Both the position numbers and the translations under genes were made by a program. From contig NC_058130.1 in assembly GCF_016433145.1 (NCBI RefSeq), forward strand, positions 708,317,536 to 708,381,535: a stretch of 64,000 nt of DNA, in the 5' to 3' direction. This stretch comes from Gracilinanus agilis. Lineage: Eukaryota. The number at the start of each line of letters is the position of its first letter. Within the stretch, counting starts at the first letter, position 1. Below are positions 37,420-59,849 of the stretch, piece by piece. Below the pieces are notes generated by a model. The model saw only the letters and a list, made by a program, of their open reading frames with translations. It was not told where the DNA came from and ran no database searches.

Positions 37420-39400
37420 ACAAGTACAACTGGTGAGAAGACTTGGCTATCCTAGGCTCCCTTCTTAAATGAAAGTTCTCACTGTCAATGGGGACAGAGA
37501 GTGTGAGTTCCAGGGCTGAAATGATCTTGCAGGATGAAGAGGTTCCTGGGAAAAGTTCAAAGGTGTGCAACCGGATGGAATGTAAAAGGGACTGTGTCCT
37601 CTTTACTACTTCATTTCCATGCAGAATGGGATCAAACAACAAAATTTCTACATAACATGGTTCCACCAAGTTCATGATCAAAGGCCATGTAGCTATGGGA
37701 TGAGCCATTATCTCATCTACAAACTACCCTGGGTCTTCAAAGTTGTTCCTGGCTCCTCAGGGACCTCCAAGGTAGATGGGCTAATCACAAACCAAAGCAT
37801 GGGCTCCACACCAGGATCTGCTAGTGACTTGCTCTCTTGGCCTGGAAACTATCATGATTCATAGCCTTCAACTTCCTTCGCCTAAAACAAAGGAAGAAAA
37901 GGGCTGTCGCCTACATTTTTGGGCCACATAGCCAGGCTTAAAGCCTCTCCCATTTCAACACTGACTCTCTCCCTCACCAGAATGCTGACAGGCAGGAAGA
38001 AGTCTGTCAAAGAGAAGGACTAGATTCTGATTGTCTAGTGTCTTTTCAATTACCCTAGTACTGACTAAGCAACCAATCAAAAAACTTCTTCATCATGTGG
38101 TAAATGGACCAAATCAGATGAAGAATCAGTGTTTGTGTCTCAGAGGCATCCTGTGCATGCTCCCGAGGACAGAGCCCATTGGCCATTCTTCTGATATATT
38201 TGGATTACTCATGTATCAAGAGCATTAAAGAACTGTCAAGCATCTGACCTGGAAAAGAAGGACAAATTCATGGAGGGCATTAGAGGGCCAAATTATAGGC
38301 TTGCCGTGGGCTCGACGTCTTTCAGAGCCTGATATCATATGGCAAATTTGTTGACAAAAACTTGAAAAGCTTTATGGGGTCCATAAGAACCAAATCAACC
38401 ATATGTTGCATTTATTCACTGGCTTTACATTCTAGCATAGTGGAGAAAAGTTTTCTGCTTTTGTAATTCATATTTAGTCTATCTAGATCTGATCAAAATG
38501 GGTAGTTAGTTGTAAGTGCTGAAGAAGAGGATGTCATCCAGCTGAACTGAGTGAGCAGTGAGGCTTCATACCTAGCAGTATAATATGAAGACAGGCAACT
38601 GAGAATTTTTACAAAACCTGCCAGATTTGGAAGTATGAGCAGAATCATTGTGGGTAGTAAGGTCCCCAGTGATCGCTGCCTCTATATCATTTGCCAGTGC
38701 CAGTTATTATGTCTGCAGTGGCATCAGTATCGTTGATTAGTGCACCACTGTCGATTTAACCAGTTGATATGTCATCAATACAGTTGATAATGAATTAACA
38801 TCAATGATCTTTTTTTTTTTTTTTTTTTAAACCCTTGTACTTTGGTGTATTGTCTCATAGGTGGAAGATTGGTAAGGGTGGGCAATGGGGGTCAAGTGAC
38901 TTGCCCAGGGTCACACAGCTGGGAAGTGGCTGAGGCCGGATTTGAACCTAGGACCTCCTGTCTCTAGGCCTGACTCTCACTCCACTGAGCTACCCAGCTG
39001 CCCCAATGATCTTTTGCAAAGTAAAATCAGTATTTCAGAAATTAGAAATTTCAGCAAATATTTGAAATGATGCAATACCTAAAGTACAAAAACTGCAGTG
39101 GAGCACACCCTCCCTTCTGCCACCTGAATCCATGGAGTGAGAAGGCTCAAACTTAAAATCAGTGCATCATTGCCAGTGGATAGAGATGCATCCTTACTTG
39201 CAGGATACAGCATCTAAGCTGCTGAAATACACAGATGCAAAGTTAAAAGTTTTCAAAGAATCCATGAAAAGATAGAACAGTAAACAAAGTCTCTCTGTGA
39301 AGATGAAAGACCAAGAGAACCAAATCCCAACAGTCCAATTCAAGACTACCACTTTCTATCATAAATATAGACTAGATGGCTATGAATTTGTCTAGGGCAC
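37420..39400 (+). pseudogene. Decayed PNMA-family (Ty3/Gypsy gag-derived) gene or retroelement gag fossil
   Basis: Colinear motif blocks: RFLGK (37540), LFLAPQG (37743), LCMLPR (38151), WITHVSRALKNCQASDLEKKDKFMEGIRGP (38201-38290), [16 protein letters not shown] (38328-38378), F*HSGEKFSAFVI (to 38468), QLN*VSSEA (38539), RQLRI (38593) and a mutated CCHC knuckle (39357-39398). Many stops and frameshifts; interrupted by a SINE. Confidence 0.8.
38814..39003 (-). mobile_element. Young SINE1_Mdo-like SINE inside the PNMA-like fossil
   Basis: TSD CAATGATCTTTT at 38802-38813 and 39004-39015. Confidence 0.88.
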
Positions 39401-39884
39401 TTGAGGGCATAATTATCATTTGGAGAAAGCAGATACCTATGGAACCAGTGTTGGTTTGAGGTTTGAGGGTTGCTTTTGTTTTTTTCCTAATCAACAAATT
39501 AAGAAATGTTTAATTAATTAATTAACTAAGGCTTACAATTATTTTAAATTATATTTATATTTTATTTTTTAATATATAATATATAAATGTAAATATATAA
39601 ATATATAAATATATTTATTTAAATTATATTTATAAATTATAAATATTACAATTATTCCACTCCTGAAATTCATTTGGAGCAACAAAAAAATCAAGAATCT
39701 CAAGGGAGGGGTAGCTAGGTAGCAAAACAGATTGAAAGCCAAGCTTGGAGTTGGGAGGACCTGGGTTCAAATCTGGCTTCTGACACTTCCTAGCTGAGTG
39801 ACCCTGGACAAGTCTAACCCCCATTGTCTAACCCTTACCTCTCTTTTGCCTGGGAACCAATATACAGTATTGAATCTTAAGTCA

Positions 39885-39918
39885 GTGCTTGCTTCGACAG
39901 CACATATACTAAAAAAAA
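39885..39918 (+). pseudogene. 3'-truncated U6 snRNA retrocopy
   Basis: GTGCTTGCTTCGACAGCACATATACTAAAA matches the U6 5' end with 2 mismatches, followed by an A-run. GAATCTTAA is duplicated at 39872-39880 and 39919-39927, inside a SINE1 at ~39705-39955. Confidence 0.85.
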
Positions 39919-39954
39919 GAATCTTAAATTGAAGGTAAAGGTTTTAAAAAAAGA

Positions 39955-41000
39955 TTAAAGGATATGAAAAAAATGCTCCAAATCGCTAATAGTTGAAAAG
40001 TACAAATTGAAGCAATTAAGGTTCTACTTCATACTTATCAGATTGGCAAAGATAACAAATTGGCAGAGATAATACCATATTGACAAAGAAAATTATGTAT
40101 GTTGGAGGGGTTGTAGGAAAACAGACACATTAATGAACTATTGGTGAAGCTTCAGAATTTGTAAAATTGGTTCAGTCATTTTGGAAAACAATTTGGAAAT
40201 ATGCCCCCCAAAAGTCACCAAACTGTGTATGCCCTTTGCTTCAAAGTATTATTACTAGGACTATATCTCAAAAGGGGCATAAGAGGAAAAGCACCCATAA
40301 TTACAAAAATATTCATAGTAGTTTTTTTGTGGTGGAAAAGAAAACTGAAAATTGGAAACTGAGGGGATGCCAATCAATTAGGGATTGGATGAACAGGTTA
40401 TGGTATATGAAGGTGATAGAATACTATTGTGCTGTAAGAAATGATGAAGGAGATGGTTTTGAAAAAACCTTGGAAGTAAGCAGAACCAGGAGGACAATTT
40501 ATACAATAACAACATTGAAAAGACAAACAACTTTAAAAGAATTATAAGCCCTGATCAATGCAATGACCAATCGTGATTCCAGAGAATCAATAAGGAAGTT
40601 ACCCGTTTGCCTCAGTTTTATCAACTGTAAAATGGGGTTAATATTAGCACCTACCGCGCCCCCCAGGTCATTGTGAGAATAAAATGAGATAATATTTGTA
40701 AGTCACTTAGTATAGTGCCTGGCACATAATAGGCACTATGTAAATGCTAGTTATTATTATCATTATTACTACTGTTACTTTTATTACTATTATTATGTTA
40801 CCCACCTCCTGTTAGAGATGGACTCAAGATGCGGAATGAGAGGTCTTGAAGGAATAATGAAGGAACTTGCTTTGCTTGAGTGTACATATTTTTACAAAGG
40901 GTTTGTTTTTTTCCCAATGGATAGGGGAAAATGAAAGAAGATAAAAGAATCAAAGCAAGATGACCATGTTTTGCTGAGCTTGATGTGCACAAAATATTGA
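39955..41000 (+). mobile_element. Old L1 ORF2 3' end and 3'UTR fragments with an internal MIR/L2 piece
   Basis: ORF 40167-40547 reads ..FWKTIWKY..WKLRGCQSIRDWMNRLWYMKVIEYYCAVRND.., typical of the L1 ORF2 C-terminus. Confidence 0.75.
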
Positions 41001-41979
41001 AGAGACTTGGAAAAAAAGAAATTAAATGGAAATTTGACTACCAGAAAAAAAAGACTTAAAAGTGAGATCAGTTGATTATGAAGTTATTATTATTAAGTAC
41101 CTACTATGTGCCCAGTACTGTGCTAGGCAGTGGGAATGCAAAAAGAGGTAAAAGGCTCAGTTCTCTCAAGGAGCTTACAATATAATGGAAGGGACAATAT
41201 GCAAACAGGATATACACAGGAAATAACAAGGACACCACACTGGAATTAAGAGGAATGGGGAAGATTTCCTGGAGGATGTGAAATTTTAGTTGGGACTTCT
41301 AGGAAGCCAGGGAGGTCAGAGATAGCTACACTAAAGAAGACATTAGACAGTGAGGTAGTCCCAACTTCTTTTGTTATGTGCTTGACATAAAAGAACTAAA
41401 AAATGGTGTAAAAAAAAAAAAAAAGCAAGCTACATTGAAGCAGTAATTCAAGCATAGCTAAGTCCTTCTTGTTTCCAGGTTATCAGAGAAAACTTCCAAG
41501 AAGGTTCTCAGAACAAATAGATCCTATATATGGACACCCAGTATCTTTGCCTGGGACAGAAGAGCACCCCAGAAAATTCCTTTCTTGCCTAGCACCTCAG
41601 CTATAGCATCCTGTAAGGTAAAGAAACAAACTATAGAACGGTGTGGGACAGAATTTCCAAAAAGCAGTCTTTGGGCATTAAAATTGCGGGTCTGAGCTGG
41701 GCAAGGCAGTGTACGTGTGTACTCTCTGCTCCTGGGAAGTCTGAGATCGGTGGACCTGGAATTCTAAGCTTTAGCAGAACTAAAGCCACCAATATGGCTG
41801 CCTGAAGGCTAGCTCAGGTTAGAAACGATGCCCATCAAAGCTCCCGAGCTAATTAGCAGTAGGGTCAGGCCCAAGGCTGCAAACACTTCCAGCCCGAGTG
41901 GTATTGCAAGCCTTAGCATCCAGAAATTAAAATTTAAATTAAAATGAGGTGAGGAAGTGATGCTGGCTATAATCTTGAA

Positions 41980-43330
41980 CAGTAAAGTATGAGGCAAGGG
42001 GTCCCCTTGTAAGAGGATGAGGGGACAGTGATAAAAGGGGCTGGAGGAAAGGATAGGTTTCAAACAGATATCATGGGTAGAATCAATTTGGGGTAGGAGT
42101 AGGGCAGCTGGGTGGCTCAGTGGATTGAGAGCCAGGCCTAGACAGAAGGTCCTGGTTTAAATATGACCTCAGATACTTCCTAGCTGGGTGACCCTGGGCA
42201 AGTCACTTAACCCCCACTGTCTAGCCCTTACAGCTCTTCTAACTTAGAACCAATACACAGTATTGATACTAAGAGGGAAGATAAGGGATTTTTTTTTTTA
42301 AAAAGAGAAAGAATTGATTAGGGAAGGGCAAAAGGGTTGTTTTGCCATAGTGAGTGTATAATTGAGATTAGATAACACAAATTTATGGTAGCCTCAGACA
42401 GCAGGGTTGAGGCTGCCCCCTAGATCCATTCGGCAGCAGGCAAATAAGAGCTGAAGAAGTAAATGATGAGAGTAATTGAATTACTGTTTGGCAAGGATAT
42501 GAGTGATGATTAGACAGTGGGACAAGATTTCAGAGTAGAAGATGGTGTGTATCATTGAACCTGGTTAATTGTAGGGGCCTAGCAATCAAGGAGGATGGAA
42601 ACAGGGCAGTGGTTGGTTGGAAATCAATGGAAATGTTTGGGAAAAAGTGGAAACAGTGATGGTTCAGGAACATACTGAAGGGACAGAGGGACTACAAGTC
42701 AGGGTGAAGATGAAGACTAGGTCTAGGGTGGGTAAGTTCTAGGGAGAGATAGAATGATAAGAGCTTATGGATGAATAAAGGACTTTAAGAATTCTTGATG
42801 AAGGAAGAGAAACATTTCTCTGTAATGGTGGCATCAAGGATCATCCTTGTATCTGGCTAAGGGACAGTGAAGGAATAGGTCATGGGAGTTGAGGAGACTG
42901 AGGAACAAGGCGTCCAGGGTATTTGAGGGAACAAGTGAAACTCTTCTAATAGGAGATTGAAGTAGAGAGGAAGATCATGAGTCAGCTACTGATGTTCTTG
43001 AGAAAGGAGGAAAAATAACTAGTGAATAACTGCCACCAAGATCTGGATAGGGCAGTATAGCTGGATTGACTCTAACTCAAAGGAAGTTGCTGAATGCTAG
43101 CAGCAGAAGGAAGGTCTGGAATTAGTAATGGGAAAAAGAAAGGCCAGTTCTTCCAAGACCAGTGTACTGGGAGACACGAGAGAAGATACAGTGAGTAATG
43201 GAAATGATAGTTGGGGATGCAGGCAACATCTGGACACAATCCTGTCTTTGTGAGTTCCAGAATAGAGGGAGAGAACAGGTAGAGGAAAAGCAAGGGAAAC
43301 TAAGGTGTAGGAGAAAAGGAGATAATGATT
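41980..43330 (-). mobile_element. L2 fragment with nested SINE1 (~42103-42295)
   Basis: Purine-rich reverse L2-like sequence; SINE head GGGCAGCTGGGTGGCTCAGTGG. Confidence 0.55.
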
Positions 43331-44938
43331 AGATCAGAGTTGCAGATCTTGGAGGTAGGACAATTTCTACTGATGTTGAGGTCCATGATACCATTTCATC
43401 TTCTGAGTCCTTATTACACTTACAGACTTTACAATTGTATATTTAAACTGTATGATATATGTAAGCTCTGTTTCTCTAAAGATTCTGAGTTATTTCTATG
43501 GCACTTTGAAGTTTACAAAGTTCTTTTCAAACCACATCAGTGAGGTGCAGGTATTATCATCCTTATTTTATAAGTGTAACATATGCTCTGGAGCCATTCT
43601 CCTAACTTCTAGTCTCACAAAGAGATGAGAATCCTCAAAGCCCAGTTATATCACTCCTCAAGTTTCTAGAGATAGCCCTGAGGGATCTGAGGGGTGCCTT
43701 TCTAATGCTATATGTCATGTGGCCCCCAAGGGTGTACTTTCCCTATTGATTATCAGTTGATCTCTATTAATTAATAAAACTCAATTAGCTTTTAGAAATA
43801 GATATTATGGTGGTATAGTTGGTAAAATGCTAGCTTCCACCCTCCCACCAAGACTGTGATATTCTCTCCTAGAGGTACACATATGCACTTATCTAAGTGA
43901 ACCTCAGTCCTTGGTTGTCTTCTGTATTTGTGTTTTAACAGAAGCAGAATTTCAGAGTTGGAAGGGACAAACTCAGTGACCACTGAGATAACCCTTACCT
44001 TCAAGGATTTCCTCTTGACAAGTGATCATCCAGACTCTGAAGACATCCAAGGAAGGGTAAACCTACCACTTCTTGGGACAGTTTACTCCACTTTTGGACA
44101 TTCAAATTATTAGGGACTTTTTATTCCCTTCTTTTTTTTTCTTCTGACAATTGCTTCTTTGCAATTTCCAGAGTCCTGGTTTCTTGAGTTGTGCTAGCTG
44201 CCCAACGGGAGATGATCCCTGCAGCTATTTTTACTTCTGGAAGGAAAACCAGGATTACCAGGAAGAGGATGCTTCGACCAGATGTGTCAAGAAAGTCCAA
44301 GCCATGTTTGTTCAGAAGATCTGAACATTGCGTTATCCCCACAAAATTCTTTGCTTTTTGGGAGAGTGTAATAGAAGTGATGGGTTTTTGTTTGTTTTTA
44401 GCATTTTTTAACATGCCCTTATTAATCTTCTGATTTGCCTTTTTTTTTTAAGAGGAAATAAATGTCCCCCATTTGATATCAAATTTTGGCATTGTGTATC
44501 TTTTTTTACAAAGCTTCTTGTTAATCTTTTTAGTGAACATTTATAATCAACCATTCTGTTTTCTTCTAGAGACTTCTGAAGTTCTACTCCTAGGGAGTGA
44601 GCATAAGCAAGATAGAAAAGAAAATCTTGACTTTTGGGGGGGGGGGAGGGTGTCAGTCTCAAGGTGAATACAAATTCTGAGTCCAGAATTAGAGACCCTT
44701 TTCTAGGAGGAGCTTCCTCTCACATTCCTGACAACTATTTGTTGAATTGAGTTGGATTCCCTGCCCCTTCCCCTGTGAGTTCATTAACGATTTGCTTTAT
44801 TAACAGGATGATTCATTTCCTTATTCTTTACTCTTCATAGAGTAAGTCACATCTTCCTTGGGCTCATTCTCTCAACTTGAACTGGCACTTGCAAGTTGGA
44901 TACCCACAGGGGCAATTGCTATTTCAAGTACTAGGGGT

Positions 44939-45854
44939 GATCCTATGGGTGGGTAAGCTCTAAACACCAAAGCTCACCAGCCCCCCCATTGATAGATTTT
45001 CCCCTTAACAACCAGCTAGTAGACTAAATTAGCTTTTAGATAAAGCATTTACTCAAATGGCACAGCAAGAACAGTAGTTACAAAACATCTCCCAAAAAAA
45101 TCTGGGATTTACTCTTCCACAAATTCACAGAGACAAACAGACATGAACTTAAAATACAGTATGGTGAGGCACATATATAGAGAGAACATATGTAGCCAAG
45201 GAAATCCACAATTCTGGAATACAAAGGATTTCATGTCCTTTCTTTTTCCAGAGTCCTCAAGAAATTCTCTGCAGGGCAGGGCATTAGTAGCAGTGATGAG
45301 TCACTTCACTGCTTGGCTGGTTCTTCCTAGGGTACAACATCTCCATTGGATGGGCTGTTCAGGTATGCTTGCCACTCACAGGGTAAGGTGTCTTGGATGG
45401 ATAGCTCAATTTGTTGCTAGATTTAGTCAACTAGTTTGCTGTTGAGCCAGCTCCTTACTGGGATTATGTACTGACCTGCACAAGTCTCTTTCTTGGCCAC
45501 TGGGCAGCTGCTGTCAGTCTGGTCTGGGTAGGGTGTTTGGCTGCTGTGTTCTTTACAGGATGTGGCATCTGCTAGACAGGTCAAAAGGGTGTTCTGATTC
45601 AATTTCTGGCTCAAATCAGAATTCTCAGTGAGGAACCACACCTTAATTTATAAAGATCAACCAGTTCACCTCCCAGATCTCAGTTGGGATTTCATGCAGC
45701 TCGGTAGCTCCAGACAAAGGCAAGGAGTTGTTTGTATTTATGCAAATCTCAGGATCTTCCTAAACCGTAGAGTGCTTTTATACTTCAATGTTCCTGTCTT
45801 ACCCAGCTTCCAACCTTCAGCTTTGTTGAAGTCCAATAGGGTAGGCTCCTTACA
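44939..45854 (-). mobile_element. LTR-like element, boundaries uncertain
   Basis: Minus-strand TGTAAGG start and TATAAAA at 45782-45776. No matching TSD was found. Confidence 0.4.
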
Positions 45855-46162
45855 ACAGGATCAGATTTAGAACTAGAAGTTTCTTCTCGTTCTTCCTTCA
45901 AGTTCATCTAATCAACCATTTAATAGATGAGAAATCTGAAGTTCAAAGAGGCTTACCTTAAGGCTTTGCCTAAGGTAACACACATAGGAGGTAGCAGAGC
46001 TGGGATTTTTTAATCCACTACTCTGGACTCCAAATCCAACTTTCCATTGCACTGATTGAGACTGAAGCTCCTGGACTGAGGGAAGGCCTGGATGACTCCA
46101 GAATGGTGTAGAGTATGAACTTAAAGTCTATTTGATCCCATACATAGTCCCTCCTTCAATAT

Positions 46163-46780
46163 TGTTCAGGCTGTTGGCCACACAGTCCTCATTGTAGACG
46201 TTCCACTGAACCACATTCGAGTGTCCAGCTCAGAGACATTCCAGCTACCACTTCCAACTTCCCTTCTTTTCCTGGTGGTAGTTACTGCCCCAATTGTGTT
46301 TCCCTACCAGTTACTGTGGGAGGGATGGATGGGGTCCTTTGGAAAGTCTGTGTATATATCTATATGGATGCATATCTGTCTCTCTATATAAGTATTAGAG
46401 TATCCAAAAGCTGGAATGAGGCACTGAACTTTGCCCAGTGTGAGTATCCAATTGTAAATAAAGGCAGTTGCCTCTTCAGTCCCATCCACTTGGATGGTGC
46501 CCAGAAGCTTCTTCCTTTTTATTAATTAAATCTTTGCCTTGGCAATAAATCTATTACCCTTAACACTCAAGCATTATGCTATGGGGCAATCTATATATCA
46601 TCTGCATATCATTCATCACCTCTAGAGGATCCTATCGTGGGGAACTACCTGCTGTTCCTCTTCCTTGCCCACCAGCACTCCCAGAAGGCTTCTTGAGTAT
46701 GAAGCTCTGGTAAGTACTGGGCTGTGGGCAAGAGAGGACAAAGACCTTGCTTTCAAGATTTAGGGAGTCCTCTTTCAAAC
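46163..46780 (+). mobile_element. LTR-like element, boundaries uncertain
   Basis: TG start, TATATAA near 46385, two AATAAA and a strong donor CTG|GTAAGT at 46710. No TSD confirmed. Confidence 0.35.
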
Positions 46781-48096
46781 ACAGACACACAACACAATCA
46801 CTCTTTTCTGAGTGTGAGTTGCTAGGGCTCCAGATCCAAACCTGACCAGTAACTGGGGTTAAAGAATCTCAAAGAAGCTGAATTTACAGAAAGAAGGCCT
46901 GCTGGACTTGAATGGGAAATGAAAAGGAGATGGCAGTGTTTCTTAGAGAAAGGAAGTGATACTTTGATGACTAAGTACACTCCCATCCACACCCAGTCTG
47001 GATTCACTTTAGAGCCCAGGAGACTCAGTATGGGGGAAGGGAATGGAAGAGAGACAGGGAGAGGGAGAGATAGGAGATAGTCCCATGTGGTTAAGGGAAA
47101 AGGGAAAATGGAGCTCAAGACTTAAAGCCCATTCTGCCTCATCTAGCCTGGGTGCCTGACCCCAGGGAGGGGGTAGGTCCTATCTTTTAACTTTTGAAAA
47201 CAGGAACATTTATCTGTGACTTCCTATGGCTGATCCTTAAGACCAGGATCTGTAGCATTTTTTCCTGGGTCAACCTTGCCTAGCTCAAAAAGGACCCTTA
47301 ACACCTCCCTACACAGATGAAGCTTGTTTTCCGCAGAAGGAACATGAGTTTACTTGTGGGTAAACCTGGGCACTAAGAGTATACGTATTGGGGGAAGGCA
47401 CCTGACCTGGGGATGAAGGTACAGTGGAGAAGACAGAGGACCTAGCAAAGGTACACCCTAAAGATTCTCCATTATGCTCAGGTTTCTACTCTCAGTCCTT
47501 CCCTATCTGAAATGGACCCTGGTGTAGACAGGAGAAGAAAAAGGGGAAAGAATAAAGGCAGAAAAGGGTTAAAGGTCTCTTGGAGAAAAGGCAACAATAT
47601 CATGTTTTCCCCTCATTGGTCCTGAGATGGTGAAGGGAGGGGCAGAGGTGTGTTTCTGGGAAATGGGGGGGCCTAGGGCAAGGCACAAGGCAGTGACTGC
47701 CTATGGGGAGTAAACAGATGGCTGATCCCTCATTGCCAGCTTTGAGGGAGGGGCTGGCAGAAATCACAGTGTTAGGTCCCTCCCTTAGTTGGTGTCTCAT
47801 TTTCAAGGTTTCAAACTTGAAGGTGTTGGATGGGTAGCTAGGCAGCCCCAGCCATATCACCCCTGGGCACCACATGGCATTGGAGAAAAAAAAGCTGTGG
47901 ATGGCACCAATTGGCTCTTCCCCATGAGTTCCAAGGGGTTAAATATGGCCTCAATCTCCCCTCCCCAGAGTGGGGATGGTGTGAGGAGGAGAAGACAATC
48001 ACTGAGGGGCCTAACAGTGGGGCCCCAATCAGATCTTCCACTGCTATAGGGTATCAGATGAACCCGGCTTGGCTACAGTTGCTGGAGGCCCCTCCT

Positions 48097-57680
<9,584 letters not shown>

Positions 57681-59849
57681 CTTGATCTTCTGCCACTTGA
57701 AGGGGCACTTTAGGCCCCACACTCCAAAGCTCTTTCCACCCAGGTTGTCCTAGTCCAGAGTTAGGAGAAAAGGAAGGAAAACAAATGGAGACTCATTGGA
57801 TGGAATTATGGAAAGGGCATTAGCCTTGGGGGTCTAAGACCTCAGTCTGAGTCCTGGTTCTGACATTTACTAGATATATGACATAGAATACCTACTTTCA
57901 CTTTTTAGTCTGTTTCTGTAAAATGAGGAGATTGCTAGATCTTTAAGATTTGTTCTTGCTCTATGATTCTAATAATAGACTTGAAGACATTGCTTTAAGA
58001 AGTAGCTAGTCTGCAGGAAAAAAACCACTTCAGGGCAGCTGGAATTCTCTCTAAGTCAAGCCTTCCTCCCACCAATGTGTGTTGGATCCAGACTCTCTAT
58101 TCCAGAAGCAGTTTTATCCCTTTTCCCAAAGCATAGAAGAGAGCATCTTCAGAAAGTCTAGGGCATGATACCCAAGGGCTCAGATCTGAGGGTAAGTGGG
58201 ATCCACTACCCTAGGCTTTCTCAGAATGAATACAGCTCCTACAAAAATAGGTAGGCACCTCAATCTACTCTACCACCCAAATCTCCTTGTAGCCCTCAGA
58301 TATACAAGCAGGCTTATGCAAAGAAATCTAATTCTAAATTAGTGATGGTGAACCTTTTAGAGACAGAGTGCTGGCCTCCTTCCTCCCTACCCCAGACAGG
58401 GGAGGGAGGAAGCGCTCCCATTAGGCTGTTGGGCAGAGGGACTAGGGAAGTGAGGAATGTCCTCAGGGGCATGGAGAGGGGGAGGGGAACAACTGGGTCC
58501 TGAACTCCTCTTTCAGACAACTGCAGGCATGCCCACAGAAAGCACTTTGTGTGCCTTTTTTTGGCTATGTGCCATAGGTTCACCACCATGGTTCTAAGCC
58601 CTAGCCCCTTGGCAACCTCATCATAATGGTTCAAGCACCTGGGAGATGATGGGGACAAATGAGGAAGGGGCACTAGAAATTGAAGTTTAGGACACTTAAA
58701 AAGGGATATTCCCACCCAACAGTACACAATCTAACTAGCCAGGGGTTTGACATCAAATTCTCAGTTGTCTAGCTGAGAAAAAGTCAAGTTGTCCATTGCA
58801 GACAGATCTCTTCCTAAGTGAGAAAACTGGATTTCACTGTGACATGAACTCATCTTACTAGTTCATCAGTCCTAAATCTAGTTCCTAAGATACTAAACAG
58901 AGGAAAGAAATAGCATTTCTTGCCAGAGCATTTTCTTGCCAGAAAGACCCCTTAAGATCAGAGTACAGGAATATGTGAATTCTACCTTATTTCTAGCTCT
59001 TCTCAGCCACAGCTCATCCTCCTTAATCTTCTTCACTCTAAAATACCCAGTTTAGAAAGTTCTAAAAGACTTATGATGGAGAGTGCTATCCACTTCCAGA
59101 GAAAGAATTATTGGAATCATCTTTCACATTAGTGTATTTTTGGTGTTTTGGTTATGCATGATTTTGCTTTTACAACAATGACCAATATGGAAGTATTTTG
59201 CCTGACAATAAAAAATAAAATAAAATACCCAAAAACTAAAAAAATTTTAGTTATTTGGAAAACTGAGATGGCAAAAGGGTTTCTGAGACAGGGAATAATT
59301 CTGCTGGAGAGTTAGGATCAGTCCTTGAAGGAATGAAGGGAAATGTTCTCAAGTGTTCTCAGGGAAAGAGCTTCTAAGATCTACCAACATGCCTAAATAC
59401 TAGATCTATGCAGAGACAATGGAGGGACAAAGATGGCACAGTTCCTAGTATGCAGTAGTGGCTTAATGAATGCTTACTGGAATGGTTTAGAGGTAGTGAG
59501 AAGGCTCACACTGCAGTGCAGGATCCCTGGAGGCAGTATCTTAGAAACTGTAGGCCTCATCACTGATGCTCCCCAAACCTAGCAACGCTACTGTCACCTC
59601 TTAACATGTTTATCCCATTCGCATCCCCTCTCATCAAATGCTATCCTCCCTCCTATCTCCCCACAAAGTCTACCCACATACCCCTAGAATGCTCCCTAGT
59701 TGCAGCCCATCCCGGTCTTTTCCACACCGCCCCTCACCTCACCCCCACTCCCCCGCCTGCTCTCACTCTGCTTCTGAACCCATTCCATGAACTGTTCCTA
59801 CTTTGGAGCCTGTCCCAAGCCCTGAGCCCATGCTCAACTCAGCCCCCAC

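Noticed and set aside
44121-44414. Possible retrocopy: LDFLDTSG (Ras-like G3 region) on the minus strand, or a PAIP2-like DDP..YxWxEN on the + strand
   Set aside because: Each resemblance is a single short block with no colinear support. A translated database search would be needed to revive it.
21400-48000. Additional ICAM paralogue or other intact gene in the ICAM3-TYK2 interval
   Set aside because: No Ig-like exons with phase-1 splice sites were seen. Listed ORFs map to L1, L2, LTR or antisense frames.
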